Shown: piece after piece, positions 28,433 to 32,000 of the stretch
How positions within the stretch are numbered: position 1 is the first letter of the stretch
Layout: every line of letters begins with the position of its first letter
NCBI RefSeq assembly: GCF_000441555.1
Contig: NC_021885.1
Location: 300,001 to 332,000, forward strand
Origin: Candidatus Profftella armatura
Lineage (GTDB): Bacteria; Pseudomonadota; Gammaproteobacteria; Burkholderiales; Burkholderiaceae
Direction: 5' to 3'
DNA length: 32,000 bases
Notes under the pieces: model-generated
Told to the model about the DNA's origin: nothing
Database searches by the model: none
What the model saw: only the letters and a program-made list of their open reading frames with translations
Translations under genes and position numbers: made by a program

Positions 28433-31042
28433 ATGAATCAATTTGCTAAAGAAGTAATTTCTATTTTACTTGAAGAGGAAATGTGTAAAAGTTATCTTGA
28501 TTATGCGATGAGTGTAATTGTTGGGAGAGCATTACCAGATGTGCGGGATGGATTAAAACCAGTTCATAGACGTGTATTATTTGCTATGCATGAAATGAAT
28601 AATTTATGGAATCGTCCTTTTGTAAAATGTGCACGAGTTGTTGGGGAAACTATGGGAAAATACCATCCTCATGGTGATGTATCAATTTATGATGCTTTAG
28701 TAAGAATGGCACAATCATTTTCTTTACGTTGCACATTAGTAGATGGACAAGGTAATTTTGGTTCTATAGATGGGGATAGTGCTGCGGCAATGCGTTATAC
28801 TGAATGTCGTTTAAATAAAATTTCTAATGAATTACTTATTGATTTAGATAAAGAAACTATTAATTTTATTTCAAATTATGATGGAAAAGAAAAAGAACCA
28901 TCTGTATTACCAACACGTATTCCAAATTTACTAATAAATGGTTCTTCTGGTATTGCTGTTGGTATGGCGACTAACATACCTCCTCATAATTTAACAGAAG
29001 TTATTGATGGTGTATTATATGTTTTACATAATCCAGAATGCTCAATTAATGATTTAATCAAGATAATTCCAGCTCCTGATTTTCCAACAGCAGGTATTAT
29101 TTATGGATTATCTAGTGTTCATGATGGCTATTATACTGGAAAAGGTCGTGTAATAATACGAGCCAAAACTCATATAGAAGAATTTAATAGAGAAAATCGC
29201 ACAGCAATTATTATTGATGAACTTCCATATCAAGTTAATAAAAAATCATTATTAGAAAAAATTTCTCAATTAGTTAAGGAAAAAAAATTAGAATGTATTT
29301 CTAATTTACGAGATGAATCAGATAAATCTGGGATGCGTATAGTTATTGAATTGAAGAGAAATGAAATACCAGAAATAGTATTAAATAAATTATATAAACA
29401 AACTCAGTTACAAAATACCTTTGGTATGAATATGTTAGCATTAGTTAATGGACAGCCTAAATTATTAAACCTAAAAGAAATACTTTATTATTTTATTTTA
29501 CATCGTAAAGAAGTAATAAAACGAAGGACTATTTTTGAATTACGTAAAGCGCGTGAGTACGCTCATATTCTAGAAGGATTAACGATAGCATTAACAAACA
29601 TTGATAATTTTATACAGATTATTCGTTCAACATCCACACCTCAAGAAGCGAAAAATAAAATTATTGAATCTACATGGAATTTACCTGATGTTAGTAAAAT
29701 AATTGGTTTTAATAAAAAAAATTATAATACTATTTCAAAAATTAATAACATATCTAAATTACAAAATAATGATATGTATAAATTATCTGATATACAGGCT
29801 CAAGAAATTTTAAAGATGCCTTTACAACGTTTAACTAATATGGAACAAAAAAAAATAATTAATAAATATGAAAACGTTATAAAAAAAGTTATAGATTTAA
29901 CAGATATATTATCTAATTCAAAACGAATTATAGAAATAATTACTGATGAACTAAATATAATTAAAAATAAATATGGAAGCCATAAAAAAAATATACGGCG
30001 CTCTGAAATAATTTTAAATGCCATAAATCCTAGTACGGAAGATTTAATTGCATCTCAAGATATGGTAATTACATTATCAAATTTAGGATATATCAAATCT
30101 CAACCAATTTCTGAATATCGCGCACAAAAACGAGGAGGTAGAGGAAAAAAAGCCATGATGACAAAAGATGAAGATTGGATTAATCAACTATTTATAGCTA
30201 ATACACATGATTATATCTTATGTTTTTCTAATTATGGTAGATTATATTGGCTAAAGGTTTGGCAAATCCCTCAGGGATCTCGAAATTCACGAGGTAAACC
30301 AATTATTAACATGTTTTCATTAAAAAATAAAGAAAAAATTACTGTAATTTTACCTTTATCTAATAATAAACGTGATTTTCCAAAAAATAATTATGTTTTT
30401 ATGTCAACTAGTCTAGGTATTGTTAAAAAAACTTTATTGTCAAATTTTAGTAATCCACGTAAATCTGGAATTATTGCTGTTAATTTAAGTAATGAGGATT
30501 TTTTAATTGGAGCAGCATTAACTGATGGTAGTTATGATATTATGCTTTTTTCGGATTCTGGTAAAGCAGTACGTTTTAATGAAAATTCTGTACGAGCAAT
30601 GGGACGCTCGGCTCGGGGAGTTATAGGTATGAGGCTAGAAAAGAAACAAAAAGTTATAGCCTTATTAGTCTCAAATAATCAAAAACAATCAGTTTTAACT
30701 GCAACCGAAAATGGTTATGGTAAACGTACGTTAATAAAAGAATACACAAAACACAATAGAGGTACTAAAGGAATAATTTCAATTAAAACTAATAAACGAA
30801 ATGGGAAAGTTGTAGCGGCAACATTGGTTAATAGGTATCATGAAATTATGTTAATTACAACTGGAGGTATTCTTATACGCACACGTGTTTCAGAAATTCG
30901 TAAAATGGGAAGATCTACTCAAGGAGTTATTTTAATAACTGTTGAAAATAAATCTAAATTATGTGGAGTACAACGTGTAATGGAAAACGATATTAAAGAT
31001 AATAAAAATAATAGCATATGTAATAAAAATAATAACATATAA
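28433..31042 (+). CDS. gyrA: DNA gyrase subunit A
   Basis: The 869-aa ORF contains [29 protein letters not shown], the catalytic Tyr in AAMRYTE, the GyrA box (QKRGGRGKK) and beta-pinwheel CTD repeats. Confidence 0.97.
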   Translation: MNQFAKEVISILLEEEMCKSYLDYAMSVIVGRALPDVRDGLKPVHRRVLFAMHEMNNLWNRPFVKCARVVGETMGKYHPHGDVSIYDALVRMAQSFSLRCTLVDGQGNFGSIDGDSAAAMRYTECRLNKISNELLIDLDKETINFISNYDGKEKEPSVLPTRIPNLLINGSSGIAVGMATNIPPHNLTEVIDGVLYVLHNPECSINDLIKIIPAPDFPTAGIIYGLSSVHDGYYTGKGRVIIRAKTHIEEFNRENRTAIIIDELPYQVNKKSLLEKISQLVKEKKLECISNLRDESDKSGMRIVIELKRNEIPEIVLNKLYKQTQLQNTFGMNMLALVNGQPKLLNLKEILYYFILHRKEVIKRRTIFELRKAREYAHILEGLTIALTNIDNFIQIIRSTSTPQEAKNKIIESTWNLPDVSKIIGFNKKNYNTISKINNISKLQNNDMYKLSDIQAQEILKMPLQRLTNMEQKKIINKYENVIKKVIDLTDILSNSKRIIEIITDELNIIKNKYGSHKKNIRRSEIILNAINPSTEDLIASQDMVITLSNLGYIKSQPISEYRAQKRGGRGKKAMMTKDEDWINQLFIANTHDYILCFSNYGRLYWLKVWQIPQGSRNSRGKPIINMFSLKNKEKITVILPLSNNKRDFPKNNYVFMSTSLGIVKKTLLSNFSNPRKSGIIAVNLSNEDFLIGAALTDGSYDIMLFSDSGKAVRFNENSVRAMGRSARGVIGMRLEKKQKVIALLVSNNQKQSVLTATENGYGKRTLIKEYTKHNRGTKGIISIKTNKRNGKVVAATLVNRYHEIMLITTGGILIRTRVSEIRKMGRSTQGVILITVENKSKLCGVQRVMENDIKDNKNNSICNKNNNI

Positions 31043-31110
31043 AATTTGAATTTTTGTAAAAATTAAAAATTTAATCAAATTTCAATTGAATTTAGTTATG
31101 TAAGATAACA

Positions 31111-31779
31111 ATGATAAAAAAATATATTCCAGTTATAACAATAGATGGTCCAACTGCCTCTGGAAAAGGAACTGTAGCACAATTAGTTGCATCGAAATTA
31201 GGTTTTCATTACTTAGATTCAGGTGCATTATATCGATTAGTTACCTTATCTGCAATTAATAATAATGTACAACTAGATAATGAACTAGAATTAGTTATTT
31301 TAATAAAAAAACTGAACTACAATTTTTTAGGTAAAGAAGTATATTTGAATGGTGTTAATGTAACCACATTAATTCGAAATGAAAAAGTAAGTAATAATGC
31401 CTCAAAAATTGCAAAATTTAAAAATATACGAAAAGAATTATTTAAAATACAAGTGAAATTTCGTAAATTTCCAGGATTAGTGGCAGATGGACGTGATATG
31501 GGTACAACAGTTTTTCCGGATGCTTTTTTAAAAATATTCTTAACAGCAGATATTAAACAAAGAACCAAAAGAAGATATAAACAATTGATGCAAAAAGGTT
31601 TTTCTGTTAGCATGAGTGATTTGTTAATAAATTTGATAAAACGTGATATTCGTGATAAAACTCGTAACTTATCGCCTTTAAAATGCCCTGAACAGGCGCA
31701 TTTATTAAATACCTCTAAAATGAACATTAATCAAGTAGTAAATCAGATATTAGATTGGTATAAATATAAAAAAAATTAA
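31111..31779 (+). CDS. cmk: (d)CMP kinase
   Basis: The 222-aa ORF has a P-loop (IDGPTASGKGTVA), ..LDSGALYR and ..ADGRDMGT.VFPDA..K.FLTA....R..RR. It is followed by rpsA, as in most proteobacteria. Confidence 0.94.
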   Translation: MIKKYIPVITIDGPTASGKGTVAQLVASKLGFHYLDSGALYRLVTLSAINNNVQLDNELELVILIKKLNYNFLGKEVYLNGVNVTTLIRNEKVSNNASKIAKFKNIRKELFKIQVKFRKFPGLVADGRDMGTTVFPDAFLKIFLTADIKQRTKRRYKQLMQKGFSVSMSDLLINLIKRDIRDKTRNLSPLKCPEQAHLLNTSKMNINQVVNQILDWYKYKKN

Positions 31780-31909
31780 AAATATTAATTATTTTATAAT
31801 ATTATTCGACTATTCTTAATAATAGATCGATTTTTCAAACCTAAATCTTATATATTTTACATAAAAATTTATTTATTTAAAAAAAATATTGAATATATTT
31901 TAATATATT

Positions 31910-32000
31910 ATGTCAACTACCATTATTCTTAATCAAGATTCTACAAAAAAAGGTCCAGATAGTTTTGCGACTTTATTTAAAGAATCTTTATTACGTCATG
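31910..32000 (+). CDS. rpsA: 30S ribosomal protein S1, first 30 codons (continues beyond the window)
   Basis: This ORF is not in the track. The hand translation from ATG 31910 is MSTTIILNQDSTKKGPDSFATLFKESLLRH... The ..SFA.LF.ESLLR. segment is the conserved S1 N-terminus of betaproteobacteria. Its position after cmk is canonical. Confidence 0.8.
   Translation, partial: MSTTIILNQDSTKKGPDSFATLFKESLLRH

Noticed and set aside
31317-31727. 136-aa ORF antisense to cmk. This is surprisingly long for an A/T-rich genome, where stop codons are frequent.
   Set aside because: It lies entirely inside the well-conserved cmk frame and shows no recognisable motif, SD or start context. Long antisense frames arise from the codon pattern of the sense gene. 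The only way to revive it would be strand-specific ribosome profiling.

Overview
This window is an extremely A+T-rich, gene-dense stretch of a reduced bacterial chromosome. By eye, coding regions are only about a quarter G+C and intergenic spacers are almost pure A/T. I can support 30 protein genes, two of them truncated by the window edges, and 2 tRNAs. All are housekeeping genes for translation, replication and repair, chaperones and nucleotide metabolism.

Several features point to a betaproteobacterial (Burkholderiales/Alcaligenaceae-like) obligate endosymbiont. These are the long-N-terminus form of S18 (..[15 protein letters not shown]), a type-2 TyrRS, the SSB, GyrA and S1 N-termini, and the linkages rpsF-rpsR-rplI near dnaB, yqgE-ruvX, lepA..rnc and cmk-rpsA. 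I cannot name the species from sequence alone. The standard code 11 fits, since every conserved ORF is full length and conserved Trp is TGG.

I see no rRNA, CRISPR array, transposase, phage gene, toxin-antitoxin pair, secretion cluster, secondary-metabolite cluster or recognisable defence cluster. I did not find a convincing novel multi-gene system, and I consider this an ordinary core-genome region of a degenerate genome.

What deserves a second look are specific reductive-evolution lesions and retentions:
- clpB lacks its N-domain and starts where E. coli makes its internal ClpB80 isoform, with an eroded relic upstream.
- polA is cut down to its 5' nuclease domain and sits next to an intact sbcB.
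- The conserved N-terminus of phrB lies upstream of the first ATG, and a 1-nt change in a homopolymer would restore a full ORF.
- The slots expected for lepB, era and priB are empty.
- A divergent pair of homologues of the mitochondrial complex-I assembly factors NDUFAF7 and NDUFAF3 flanks a perfect 32-bp tandem duplication.
- clpB and apaH are only 12 nt apart.
- GyrA carries Val at the Ser83 quinolone-resistance position.

All coordinates for hairpins, repeats and tRNAs were derived by hand. No searches were run.
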